The notes under the pieces were generated by a model that did not search any database, was not told the DNA's origin, and worked only from the letters and a program-made list of their open reading frames with translations. Positions 14,955 to 26,359 of a stretch of 64,000 nucleotides of DNA are shown here, piece by piece (position 1 is the first letter of the stretch; the number at the start of each line of letters is the position of its first letter). The DNA comes from Chrysomallon squamiferum (Eukaryota; Animalia; Mollusca): contig CM022671.1 in the NCBI GenBank assembly GCA_012295275.1, forward strand, positions 21,328,001 through 21,392,000, written 5' to 3'. Made by a program: the position numbers and the translations under genes.

Positions 14955-17900
14955 TACATATACATATACATATACACACATCAACTTCGATAACTGTAAA
15001 GTTTAATGTTAATATATAAAACAGAGTTAACGTTTATAACTTAAGAGTGAAGGGTCAAAGGTTCAAATCTTCTTAATGCCCACGTGTGTACTTTTCTCTT
15101 TCCAACTTAATTTCCATGACTGGTCTAATAAAAGCCATTATATATATTTATATATTTATTTCATACATATAAAAACAATTTTTTCCTCGTTATCGGAAGA
15201 TGCACACACAAAAGACTTCTGGCTTCTGTATATTTCCTCTGACGCCTTAATAATCGTTAATAATATTTGTGTTGTGATGTCGCTGCATAAATATCCATTC
15301 ATTCAAACTTATAAATATTATATAAGCACGAATGCTCGATGAAGTCAAATGTTGTCTTTATAAGAAATTACCCATCCTGATTATTGTCTCGTTAATGTGG
15401 TAGCGTGGTTGTATCAAACAAAAATACAAAAATAAGTAAACAGAATACTGCAGTTTAAAGATTTTCAAAACTTCGCGTTGTTGTGTGTGTTTTTTTTTTA
15501 AAGTTTTATAACTAGTAGATTGGAACGGAAATAACTATTGAAACATTCACATTAATGATTAAGCTGACAATTTGCTGCGAAACAAAATAATATCAATCAT
15601 TGAATTAAAAACAAATCAATGAAATACAAAAATTGAATCATTCAGTTGTAACAGAACATGAAAAAAATGGTGTTTCTACAAAACGAAATTCATCGTATCA
15701 CTGAATTAACATACAAAAGAAAACGTTGAATCCTCAGTTTATTGAACTAATAAAAATATATGTAACAAAGCATTAAACGCACCATTAACAATCCGGATAC
15801 TATTAATGCCTTAATGTATAGCTGCATTAGAAAGACCTCGGCCGTATCCTTCACGGTTAAAAGCATTTAAAAACGAAATTAAAATCTTATTGTAATTGTA
15901 TATTATTAGAAGATGAAAATAACATCTTCCATTTATTATAACAGATATTTATAAAATGTTGTGTGTGTGCGTGTTTTAATGTGTGCGATGTGTTCTTGCA
16001 TGTCTGCATGAGCACCTATGAGCAAGTTTGCATGAATTTATTATTATTGTCCATTTAAGAATCCTTTTTATGACTGAGTGACGCATATTTCTTATTCATT
16101 CCCATTATAAATTTAATTCTTATATACAGCAACAGTTTTTTTTATTTATATATATATATAAAGATATTAACAACTAACCAGGCATGGGTAAAATTTTATT
16201 ACTTTGAATATATGTTTCTATTGTATTTCTATTTCTACATATAAATATTTGAATATATGTTTCTATTTCTACACATAAATACATGGATGCTTTGCAAATA
16301 TGAATCTAAACTGAAACTGTATCCATCTCTCAGACTTTCAGCTCGCTAACACCAAAGCAGTGAGTTATCTATCCACAGTAATAATTAACAGTGATAGTTG
16401 ACGCGTGTGTTACCTCCGTGAATTCACAGTTGGCTGGGTCGCCAATGACTGAACCATCAGGCTGGCGGTATCCTGCGTAGCGAATCAGCTGAGCGTTCCA
16501 CACTCTGTAGTCTTTCTTAGGATCAGTTCTCTGGGGAAAGATCGTGATAGACGACCTGAAACACATAGAAACATTCATATATATATATATAATCATTTGT
16601 TGATATTATTTTTACTATTTGTGTCATGTATTTTTAGATTATGTATTTTTTTTATTACTATTATTTTAATTTATAATATTTTATTTATTTATTTATTTTA
16701 ATTTTATACATACATTTTATTTATTTATTTATTTATATTTATATATATATACATATATATATACATATATTCTCTTTTTGGTGATAATTCTGTTAATGCT
16801 GCTATAAGTACTACTCAGCTAATAAAACTACTAAAATGAATATTACACAGCTACAACAGCTGTCACTAGTACTACTACTACATCTACATCTGCTGTAATT
16901 ACTGCTTACGCTTCTGTCAGAAGGGCCTACTACTACTACTATTGGTAGTGATGCTGATGACATTTAGGATGGAGCAACATTATTAGGACTATCACAATTT
17001 TTTGTCGACGATGTTGTTGTAGCAGTAGTAGTAATTGTTGTTGTAGAAATAGTGATATAGTAACTGCTGTTGCAGTTGTAGATTCTTTTACAATTAGCAG
17101 CAGTAGTAGCTGTGGTAGTTGTGGTAGTGCTGGTGATGGTGATGGTGGTAGTGGCAGTAGTAACACTAGTAGTAGTAGTAGCAGCATGGTAATAGTTGCA
17201 GTAGTAGTAGCAGTAGTTGTAGTAGTATTGTAGTTGTAGCAGCAGAAGCATGGTAGTAGTTGTGGTAGTGGTGGTAGTAGTTTAGGTAGTGGTAATAGTA
17301 GTAGTAGTAGTAATAGTAACAACAGATTGTAATACGTAGATATTTTAACTGTTATTGTTATATTTCATTTAATTTAATTTAATTTATGTATGCATTCACT
17401 CATCATTAATTCTTCCACTTACTTACTTTCTGATGTATTTATTTATTTATTTATTTATTTATTTATCTGTCTATCTGTGTATTTATTTATTGGCAAGTGG
17501 AATGGAATGCTGACAACGTTATCATTCATTTACCTATCAGCTTTTTCTTCTTTGTTTTTTCTTATTCATTTACTCTCTTTTACTACAATTTTCATAAATA
17601 TTGTGAACTGTCTTTTAATTAAACAAGCTATTAAAATAATCGTCTAACATGTAAACAGATTTCGACATTTGAAATCCATACGGGTTATCCTATATCTGTT
17701 TACCGCACAATCACAGTTTGCATCGTTTTATATTAGTGTAATTTTGTAACGTTTTATATGCTTAGGTTGTTCACCGGTTAAACAAAATATAAACCAAAGT
17801 GTCATTTTCCAGTTGTGTCTGTATTTCTCCATATAATATAATGTAATGTAATATAATATATATGTAGTATAATATAATATATCTGACTAACAGATACATC

Positions 17901-20111
17901 GACTAAGCAGTAATCAAAGACTTAAAATAAAAGTAATTTTCTACAGCACATCCATTACCTTAGGTTTCCTTTATTTGTTCCATATTTAATATGATTGCAG
18001 ATCGCTTCAAACATTCCCCTGGCTGTAGTTATATGGCGAGCATCAAAGACCTTGAATGACATAAAAAGAAAAACACGTAGTTAAGTGCATTGTTTGTAGA
18101 TATCATGATACACATCGTACGGCGATCAGTAAGAACAAAGTCTAAGATATTCTATTCTCTCTGATGACAATACTGAAAGCATCATAATCCACTAGAATGC
18201 AAGAATAGTCAAACGAAAGGATTAGATGAAGTAGACAAAAAAAAAGTAGTCACTGTAATGAAAGAAATGAAAAATACTACGTTTAGTGGGTTTATCCAGA
18301 AAATATTCTTTGTTGAGTTTTTTTAAGACTTTTGCTGTTTTGTTTGGCATTCGTTGTTGTGTTGTTGTGTTTTGGTTAGATTATAAGAGTCTTAATAGTA
18401 GTAGTAGTAGTAATAATAGTAATATCAGTAATAGTAGTAGTAGTAGTAGTAATAGTAATAGTAGAAATAGTAGCAGTAGTAATAGTGTTGATGGTATGGC
18501 AGCAAGAGATTTATATGTTCATAGATTCAGAAATTCTTAATTTATGACACCATTGAAATAATTGTTAGTATTGACAGATTATTAATTTAATCATGAAATC
18601 TAAAATCATTTAATAGTTCTGTTGGCAAAGTTATATAAATTACCAGCCTGAAATGATTTACTTTTGTTAATAAATGCTTAACAAACCAGTGAACCAAATA
18701 TCAGTTAAATATTATTTTAGTAACCTGTAATTTTGACCACTGGATTCGCCCAATGCATCTTGGTGCGTTTCTCCAGGCTGTTTTGGCACCAAAGGTCAAC
18801 TCGCTCGTTGTGAGGTCATATGTACCAGTGGACTCGATTGATGCCAGCACTTCTTCCATTCGCTTCTGATGTGCGGGTGTGTTTAACCTAAATTATGTAT
18901 TTGATCAAATATTCGTTAGGAACTTCGTTAGGAAATGGTTTCTAACTCATGTGGTATTTTGCAATATTGCTTTTTTGCCTGAATCATATCTTTAAAACAG
19001 AGGAGCAAGAGTGGGGGGAAGACATAAAAAGAAAAAGAAAGAGAGTAAGAAAGAAACATGGAATGAAGGCGAGAGGAGAAGTGATAGACAGACACTTAGA
19101 TTTTCCGGTATAATCAGACGTAAACGCAGACATACCCATATACGTATCCTCACAGATAAAGATATTCATAGTACATTATTATATATGTATATCAGTGTAT
19201 ATATATATATATATATATACACATCAGAGAAAAAGATAAAAAAAAAAACATAAAGGAAAGATTAAATTGAATTAATAATTATTTATTTATCTGACTTTAA
19301 ATTAAGCTGCAGGTCGACGTCTACCTTTTGATTGACTGGTAGTACTGGTCTATGAAATCTTTTGCATCAACTATGACTTCCTCTTTCGGTCGTGGCATAC
19401 CAGGCGGGCGTTTTGTCATGTGCGCCATGATGGAGCCCATGCACCTCTCTGGCGTGCACGGAACCTCCTGTAATAGAATGCAGAAATGTTATTAGTTATT
19501 CATTCATCTAATGTACAAAGATCCAGTGTCAAACGTAGACATAGGCATTCACACACAATGCACCGACCGGCTTAAGATTAGATGTCTATTTTTTGTTAAT
19601 CTAAAAAAAAAAAAACATTGTGTCGAACCTTTATAAACACAGCAAACCTATTATGTCCGTTGAAATCAATGGCTTTGTGTATTAGAAACAAAGCCAAAAA
19701 TGCTGCGTAATGCATTGTTCTAACGAAGCCATTGTCAGTGTGTAATGAATTTGCTAAAATCATAAAATGATGTTCGTTTACAAATTAATTATTCATGAAA
19801 AAAAAAAATACCATTAATTTTTATAACTTTAGATCGAATTAAAAACATATTTCAGAATGCCATCATAAAATAATGATGCTATGAAAACAACAGTCACAAA
19901 AAAACCAAACAAAAATACAAAACAACGTTGTTAAAACTATGGTACCTTAATTCAAGTGTTCTCACTCAGAAGCCGTATAGTCATGTATATAATGATTTTA
20001 TATTTTGCATCGTTTTGAAAATAAATATTCAAATTATTAACAACAACAACAACAATAATAATAAACATAATAATAATAATAACAAACATAATAATAATAA
20101 TAATAACAAAC

Positions 20112-20159
<48 letters not shown>

Positions 20160-21288
20160 GTAATAGTAATAATAATAACCCATGTACCTCGTGAGCTTTT
20201 TGATACAAGAGATCAACAGTTGTTTTTTCATCTATAAGATTTCTCAGTTTTGTATATTTCTTTGGACTGGCAGCCGACAGTCTCCGATCTGACAGCCGTC
20301 TGCCAGCCGAGTTACTCTTTTTGAAGTCGACGGCAGTTTTCTTCGATTCGTCCTCGGACAGTCGACCGTTCATGTTGTTATCGTTGCCGGACAAGCTATT
20401 TTTTCTGCTTCCGTGTGACGCTGGTTCGCCGACTTCGTTTTTAAATCTGACGTCTCCCTTCAACACGACCGTAATTTCGTCGTTTTCCTGAAATATTTCG
20501 ATGCTCTTTCGACTGGGACTTTGGTGGTTCATGGCGACGTTTTCGGAGATCAACACTTTTTTGTTTGGCCCGTTTTTCAGAATCTTCGGACTGGTCAGCA
20601 CGATCTTGGGCGATCCCAGCGACCCGTTGTCCAGTACGGTTTCGTTCATGGCCGTTGACCTCGGTCTGATGGCCTCTCCGTTCAGCGTACACTGATTTTC
20701 AGCCGTTTGAGTAATGGCGTCCTTCTGGTGCGTGTCGATGTCTATACAGTCGTTGCAGTTATTCGACTGGTTTTCTTTCTTTCTCTTCGAGTCTGTTTTC
20801 CCGGCGTTGCTGTTCGATCCTTCCTCGCTGAGGCAGAAATTCTTCAAGCTTCTAGCAGGTGAACTGAGCGGCGAAGAGTTTCCGGAAATCGTTCTGCGAA
20901 TGCGTCCAACAATAGAATTGTCCACCGGCTTGGTCACGCGTATCGTCCTTGGAATCCCGTTCTCCTGGAAAGTCGTTTCCAGGTGAGTCGTGCAGTCGTC
21001 CGGTCCCCGTAGAAGCAGAACCACCGGCGAATCGGTCGGAACGGCTTTCAAAATCTCCACGGCGTTGTCGTAGCTCATCTCGCTAACGTCGATGTCGTTG
21101 ATACGTAAGATGATGTCCCCAACCTGGACCAGTCCACTTTCTTCGGCGATGCCTCCCGATACGAGCTCGGCAACGACTATGCTAGGCTTGATAGTTCGCT
21201 GTTTGACCAGAAAGCCGAGTCCAAAGCCTTTTCGTTTGATGAGTTTAACGCGAATTGTTTTTGCGCTGGTTTCTATGTTTCCTGGCAT
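894..21288 (-). CDS. NOS: Nitric oxide synthase, neuronal/constitutive type with N-terminal PDZ domain (22 coding exons in window, 3' end outside window; +1 frameshift in exon 11)
   Basis: Hand-spliced exons give PDZ ([11 protein letters not shown]), Zn site CTPERC, heme ligand [20 protein letters not shown], CaM helix [20 protein letters not shown], flavodoxin motifs YATETGKS and [16 protein letters not shown] motif RFYSISSS and NADPH motif [14 protein letters not shown]. All introns are GT-AG. Confidence 0.98.
1558..1645 (-). CDS. NOS: NOS coding exon 21
   Basis: [29 protein letters not shown]; 88 nt. Confidence 0.95.
2250..2460 (-). CDS. NOS: NOS coding exon 20 (FAD-binding RxYSISS)
   Basis: [70 protein letters not shown]; 211 nt. 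Confidence 0.97.
3006..3175 (-). CDS. NOS: NOS coding exon 19 (connecting domain)
   Basis: [57 protein letters not shown]; 170 nt. Confidence 0.96.
3620..3813 (-). CDS. NOS: NOS coding exon 18 (FAD domain)
   Basis: [64 protein letters not shown]; 194 nt. Confidence 0.96.
4303..4523. repeat. (TA)n/(TATG)n compound microsatellite
   Basis: Direct reading. Confidence 0.95.
4550..4628 (-). CDS. NOS: NOS coding exon 17
   Basis: [26 protein letters not shown]; 79 nt, phase 1 to 2. Confidence 0.92.
4631..4756. repeat. (TAA)n microsatellite abutting the exon 17 acceptor
   Basis: Direct reading. Confidence 0.95.
4955..5099 (-). CDS. NOS: NOS coding exon 16
   Basis: [48 protein letters not shown]; 145 nt, phase 0 to 1. 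Confidence 0.94.
6719..6893 (-). CDS. NOS: NOS coding exon 15 (FMN domain)
   Basis: [58 protein letters not shown]; 175 nt. Confidence 0.97.
7450..7587 (-). CDS. NOS: NOS coding exon 14 (autoinhibitory loop)
   Basis: [46 protein letters not shown]; 138 nt, phase 2 to 2. Confidence 0.92.
7888..7937 (-). CDS. NOS: NOS coding exon 13 (start of autoinhibitory insert)
   Basis: [16 protein letters not shown]; 50 nt, TAG acceptor and GTGAGT donor, phase 0 to 2. Confidence 0.88.
8384..8949 (+). mobile_element. Non-autonomous Tigger/pogo-type (Tc1-mariner) DNA transposon in NOS intron 12
   Basis: Imperfect TIRs CAGTATACCCTCACCTGTTCGCGG / CAGTATTCCCTCGCTATTCGCGG flanked by TA; internal transposase remnant [16 protein letters not shown] at about 8553-8600. 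Confidence 0.88.
9036..9140 (-). CDS. NOS: NOS coding exon 12 (FMN domain)
   Basis: [35 protein letters not shown]; 105 nt. Confidence 0.96.
9601..9892. repeat. Diverged two-copy tandem duplication (about 155-bp period) in NOS intron 11
   Basis: Both copies start GTGATATGA...GCATTATAT and end TAAATGTG(G/A)TGATCG...AAGAATGAATGC. Confidence 0.75.
10188..10333 (-). CDS. NOS: NOS coding exon 11 (CaM helix end / FMN domain start) with internal +1 frameshift
   Basis: Frame 0 reads [38 protein letters not shown] (TGA 10216-10218); the +1 frame continues [11 protein letters not shown]. Exon is 146 nt whereas 145 is needed to join exon 12. Confidence 0.93.
10680..10777 (-). CDS. NOS: NOS coding exon 10 (start of calmodulin-binding helix)
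   Basis: [33 protein letters not shown]; 98 nt, phase 0 to 2. Confidence 0.94.
11197..11391 (-). CDS. NOS: NOS coding exon 9 (BH4-binding region)
   Basis: [65 protein letters not shown]; 195 nt. Confidence 0.97.
12281..12382 (-). CDS. NOS: NOS coding exon 8
   Basis: [34 protein letters not shown]; 102 nt. Confidence 0.96.
12640..12954. repeat. Compound (AG)n/(TA)n/(AGAC)n microsatellite
   Basis: Direct reading. Confidence 0.9.
13785..13959 (-). CDS. NOS: NOS coding exon 7 (substrate-binding Glu)
   Basis: [58 protein letters not shown]; 175 nt. Confidence 0.97.
14499..14638 (-). CDS. NOS: NOS coding exon 6
   Basis: [46 protein letters not shown]; 140 nt. Confidence 0.96.
16414..16555 (-). 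CDS. NOS: NOS coding exon 5
   Basis: [47 protein letters not shown]; 142 nt. Confidence 0.97.
16930..17322. repeat. Degenerate trinucleotide (GTA/GTG/GCA) low-complexity tract
   Basis: Direct reading; similar tracts at 1140-1400, 22855-23140 and 46535-46632. Confidence 0.9.
17959..18050 (-). CDS. NOS: NOS coding exon 4
   Basis: [31 protein letters not shown]; 92 nt. Confidence 0.96.
18725..18887 (-). CDS. NOS: NOS coding exon 3 (heme-ligating Cys)
   Basis: [54 protein letters not shown]; 163 nt. Confidence 0.97.
19325..19467 (-). CDS. NOS: NOS coding exon 2 (Zn-tetrathiolate CxxxxC)
   Basis: [48 protein letters not shown]; 143 nt, phase 0 to 2; not in ORF track. Confidence 0.95.
20188..21288 (-). 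CDS. NOS: NOS coding exon 1 (367 codons): PDZ domain, beta-finger and long linker
   Basis: ATG at 21288; donor GAG|GTACAT at 20187. The exon extends 5' to acceptor TTTTGCAG| at 21428, giving 5'UTR 21289-21427. Closely resembles the nNOS N-terminus ([21 protein letters not shown]). Confidence 0.95.
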
Positions 21289-22048
21289 CTTGGATCACGG
21301 AGGTGTTTTTTTTATCACAAACTCTATAGGTTACGTTATATTTCTCAGTTTTGCTCAACGCGATCTTTTGAAAACTGTAGATGGCTGCGAAAACCTAATG
21401 TGTTGCCATGACTGTTCTTAAATTCATCTGCAAAATAAGAATGCTCTGAGATATTAGTTTATAACATGGTAATATCGCCTAGTTATTAAAGATTAATTTG
21501 TATCTATCTTGTTTTACCTCTTTGTGTTGTTGTCATGGATAACGCATTATGCTTATTGCTATGGTAATTATATATGCCAAGAAAATATAAATAACTGATG
21601 TAATATGCATACATGTACGTGTATATAAATAGGTAAGTAGATAGGGAGGTATGGATGTTTGTATATATAATTACTATACCAATAAGCATAATGCGTTATC
21701 CATTGTATATTAGATGAATGAATAACAAATAGCATGTCTTTATCCTGTTACAGGAGGTTCCTGTATATATATATATATATATATATAAATAGTATATATA
21801 TACACACACACACATGTTTGTATTATATGTGTAATAAAATTTAGCGTATATCAGTCTTTGTTAATGATAACTGTGGTATGTGACGTGATGTCATTTAAAT
21901 TATCATTATCACATATAACGTGTCTCAAACAGTCACGGTTCATTTCACTGACTGGAAATTAATATTATACGTAAGCACTGGGCTGAGATTATTGTTTCCT
22001 CGGATAAAATTTAATTTTTAATCAATATAAACGAGGTTAAAGAAAACT

Positions 22049-22084
<36 letters not shown>

Positions 22085-22245
22085 CCTGGGTTGTGACAGT
22101 TGATAAAACAAAAAGAGGTATAATTATTTTTTCAATTTTCTCATTTTTTCTTATAAATACTAACATTTAACAGAGATAGACAGACAAATACAGAGAGACA
22201 AAAAAAAAATAGTAAGTGAAAACAATACACAACAATAAGCCCTAC

Positions 22246-22329
22246 CTTTCCTAAACTCGTCGTTCTAAAACATATTTCCGAAGTATCCCCATCTAACGTC
22301 AGACAAAGACCAAGACACGTATATTTATA
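22246..22329 (-). promoter_or_regulatory. Candidate proximal promoter and short non-coding exon for NOS
   Basis: TATAAATA at 22329-22322, start predicted near 22299, donor AAG|GTAGGG at 22245, about 0.8 kb from the acceptor at 21428. Confidence 0.4.
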
Positions 22330-24115
22330 CAGTTACAGAATTATGGTCTTTCTTCATCAACGGACTCCCATTGTGTTAAAATTAGTCAAGAGCTCAGTAT
22401 AAATAAATACGAAACAATCGTTTATTGCAAGTTCAAACATTTAATTTAACAACTTGTGTTATCGTTCCCATGTCGTTATTTCAGTTTACAAAGAACATCG
22501 GTCACTGGGAACAAAACTGGACTTGTACAGGGAGAATGTTAGTCGTCCACCTTATTGTGTTTAGCTGAATGGAATTGTGAATAGTTTGTAGTCTGCTATA
22601 CTAAATGAACGAAGTGATCAATACAACTTTGTCTTTACAAGGATACGGTTTGGGTCTTAACTGCGATCATTAATTATAAGTTTGCCACTTGGAATGGACA
22701 AGTATTTGATGATTATCGTTTTCTGATCGTCCTTCATTCATTTGTAAGATTTAAAAAATAGTTTCTGTAAATAAAATGATATTTTTTTAGTTTTTAGTTT
22801 TTAGTTCTAGGATAATGATGGAACAATTGTTGTAAGGTTTTTACTAAATGTATGAGCAACAACAGCAGTAGTAGAGATAGAAGTAGTAATAGTCGTAGTT
22901 GTAGCAGCAGCAGTGATAGTCTTAGTAATAGTAGGAACAGTAGCAATAAAAATAGTAATAGTAGCAGTAGTAGTAGCAGTAATAGTAGTAATAGCAGTAA
23001 TAGTACTAGTTGAAGTGGTAGTGGCAGCAGAAGTAGTTTAAGTGGTAGTTGTAACATCAGTAGTAGTAGTGGTGGTTGTTGTAGCAATAGTAGTAGTAGT
23101 AGTGGTAGCTGTTGTAGCAGCAGTAGTAGTAATAGTAGCAGGAATGGGAATAAGGAGTGTATTTGCGAGATTAGTAAGTGTATTTTGTTTTAAGATTATA
23201 ATAAAAAATACTTTCTTTTCTATTTTTCTCTGTTTTTTTTTTCTTCTTAATAAAGTTCTAATTTACAAATTTTGTTAATGCTTTATAAAACTTATTCTTT
23301 TGTTTCTGTTTTCTTATTTTCTAAAAAGATAACTTCAAACGTTACCGTTTTATTCTTATTTTATTTTATTTTTTTCTGTTGAAATATATCGATTATCGAT
23401 TATCGGTTACGCTCAGTCGCTTACGATACTCTTTTCATAAGCGTTTGTATTCAGTTGATGTTTAAATAAAACCTGTGTAAGATCTTTCCATTCTTTGTTC
23501 TTTCAACACGCTGCCATTTAGTGCAGACACTCCCGCCAGAAATCGATAATCGTTTCTGTATCGGATCATATATGGTGGAGTCGTGTTTCTCATTTGAAAG
23601 AAATTGAGTGAAAAATGAATTAAAAGGTTGGAAGGGAATGAAAATGGACCCATTAGCAGTTGTACAATTACAAATGATCAACATACATATTCGCGTAAGT
23701 GTATACGTACACTCATACATGAATACATATAAACATACACATATATATATATATATATATATACAGTTACATAACAAGATACACATATACATATATCCAT
23801 GCATACATATATACATACATATTCACATATATACATATGCATACAAAAAGGCACACATATATGCATACATACATACATACATAATACAAAAACTGGTATT
23901 TATGAAAAAACTGAACATGAACATATAATCATATGCTACGTACAAGCAGACACACATGTTCGCACACCGATATTATGAGTGAGTACGCATAAACGTATTA
24001 TAAATGTGTTACCAGGAATTTAGATCAGACTAAAATAAACTTTACAATAATTAAAAAACAACGACAACATTATTATTATTAAAATTATCAGAATGATCAT
24101 CATCTCATCATCATA

Positions 24116-24116
<1 letters not shown>

Positions 24117-24157
<41 letters not shown>

Positions 24158-24206
24158 GTTATTATTATTATCAATATTATTATTATTATTATTATTAATA
24201 TTACCA

Positions 24207-24255
<49 letters not shown>

Positions 24256-24273
24256 TACTACTACTACTACTAC

Positions 24274-24308
<35 letters not shown>
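24117..24308. repeat. (TTA)n-(CTA)n-(GTA)n compound microsatellite
   Basis: Direct reading. Confidence 0.95.
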
Positions 24309-25021
24309 TTTTAAAAATATTATGTCGGGTTGGTTAGCTATATAAACATCCACGTAACCATACTCAGCCAGTGCATGCAATGATTTCAAGAAAATGTCAT
24401 CATCTTAAAACCTCAGCTTTCGATTCTTTTCGGCATGAACAATTTATAGGTGTGTCGTGAAAACGCCCATTATTCTCGGGCGTCATTCTGAACGGCTGCT
24501 CTTAACGTCTCATTAATTTATTACCACAATTGATCTTCGTTTTGCACGTGCGCATCCGGTCGCTTTTAGAAAGACACAAGCTGCGTGATAGCTGAGCATT
24601 GACTTGCGACTTTTCGCTGAAAATTACCTTCGTAGCGAAAAGAGGCTCAAAACGTTTATTTTAAACTGTTAGACTCTGTTGTTTCTCAAAGCCTGTTAAG
24701 TGTTTGGATGTGGATTGCGAGAGACAATAGAAGTTTTGATAAGATCAGGAAATTTGTGATGTTGTGAAGATATTGTTACCATTATTTTGATGACAAATTA
24801 AAATATTTCTGTTGCTGTTTTTCATTTGGTACTTATGTGTGTGTTTGTTTGTATGTACGTATTTGTGTATGCTGATATGTATGTATTTTAGGATTTTTAT
24901 TATTCTCTGCCTTATGTACGTCTGATTAAACTCTGCATATAAACGCACTGGCGCAGGAGGACAATAACCGAGGGTAATCATGTATGTATGCATGTAGATA
25001 CGTATGTAAAATATATCTGTT

Positions 25022-25059
<38 letters not shown>

Positions 25060-25754
25060 ATATGTGTATGTGCGCGCGCGGGTGTATGAGTGAATTTAGT
25101 GTCATTAGACACACAATATTCGGAAATGCACTGGCGCAGGAGGATAAAGTCCAGTCATGACGTGACAAACGTCAGATGCCGCTGTAAAACTTGTATTACA
25201 TACAATTTACTGCGTGAAAAAAAATTAACAAAACATTGTTTTTGATATTTATCTTAGTTTTGAAAAATATTGATTCAACTTTTACCGCAACCTTCTACTT
25301 TGAATTTTGCTTTTATCCATTATTATTTATTTTTATTTTAGAACAAGCCACAGGTTATTGATGGAATGGTGTTTAGTTGGGGATTTGGGGTTTTTTTTCT
25401 TTAAATACACTAACTTACTATCACTTAATAACCATCAAAACGTTTACGTCTAATAAATATCAGTATATGCAATGTATATATCAACATCAGTAGAGGGAGA
25501 TTGCTGTTGATGGTGTTTTCTCCTCTAATCAACGTTTTTTTTTTCACTCGTTTGTTTCATTCTATCTTTATTTATTTTACTCATTATTATTATTAATTAT
25601 TATTAATGTTTTTATTTTATTTATTTTTTTTTTTTATTTTTTTTTTTTTTTTTTTTATTGGGTTCCATTTTCAGAAAAGGTTAACCACAACATTAGTAAA
25701 TTCCGACAAATTAAACAAATTTTTTTCTCTCTGTCAGTGATTGCCAGCTGTCAT

Positions 25755-25890
25755 CTCAGACCCTCACTAGTCCATTTCCCATTCTAACCAGTTCTCCACT
25801 GTTGGTTTACCAACGCATTAGAGTGGTTTCTCTATTCTTTGAGAATGTGCGTATAAAAGGTATATGGCTACTAATGGCAATAAAAAAAAA

Positions 25891-25983
<93 letters not shown>

Positions 25984-26020
25984 ATATTCAGTCGTCAAAC
26001 ACTATATAAATAAAAAATGA
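25755..26020 (+). mobile_element. Second decayed copy of a Nin/Deu-core-like SINE, interrupted by (CT)n
   Basis: ATTTCCCATTCTAACCAGTTCTCCAC...GTGCGTATAAAAG...GCTACTAATGG resembles the same recalled consensus; shares TTTCCC.TTC.A.C with the 50.3 kb copy. Confidence 0.4.
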
Positions 26021-26309
26021 TAAAGACTGCTTTTAAAACAAAAGATATTTTCTGGCTGCAATCGTTTGGACATTATTTGTCGGATGACGTGTTCAAGTAT
26101 CGACAGTCGATGACTGATCTGTCTACAAAACAGCCGAGTTAATCGCACGAATCCTTTCATCCATTGTCTACCAGAGAATCAAGCAAGTTTTCTTTTTTAA
26201 ACCATCATTTCCAGATAATAAAGAAAATATTTTCTCTAAGTAAGTAATGCGTACATATAAATTTACTCTCTTTTTCAAATAGTATTTATGTGTGAGTTTG
26301 TGTATATGT

Positions 26310-26359
<50 letters not shown>

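Noticed and set aside
16203-16281. Short tandem duplications (also 18912-18934 and 35845-35945)
   Set aside because: Ordinary slippage repeats with no unique spacers; not CRISPR-like.
6554-21421. Plus-strand ORFs overlapping NOS exons (6554-6937, 11197-11412, 13795-13995, 20714-20986, 21092-21421)
   Set aside because: Antisense shadows of GC-richer coding exons; no independent evidence.
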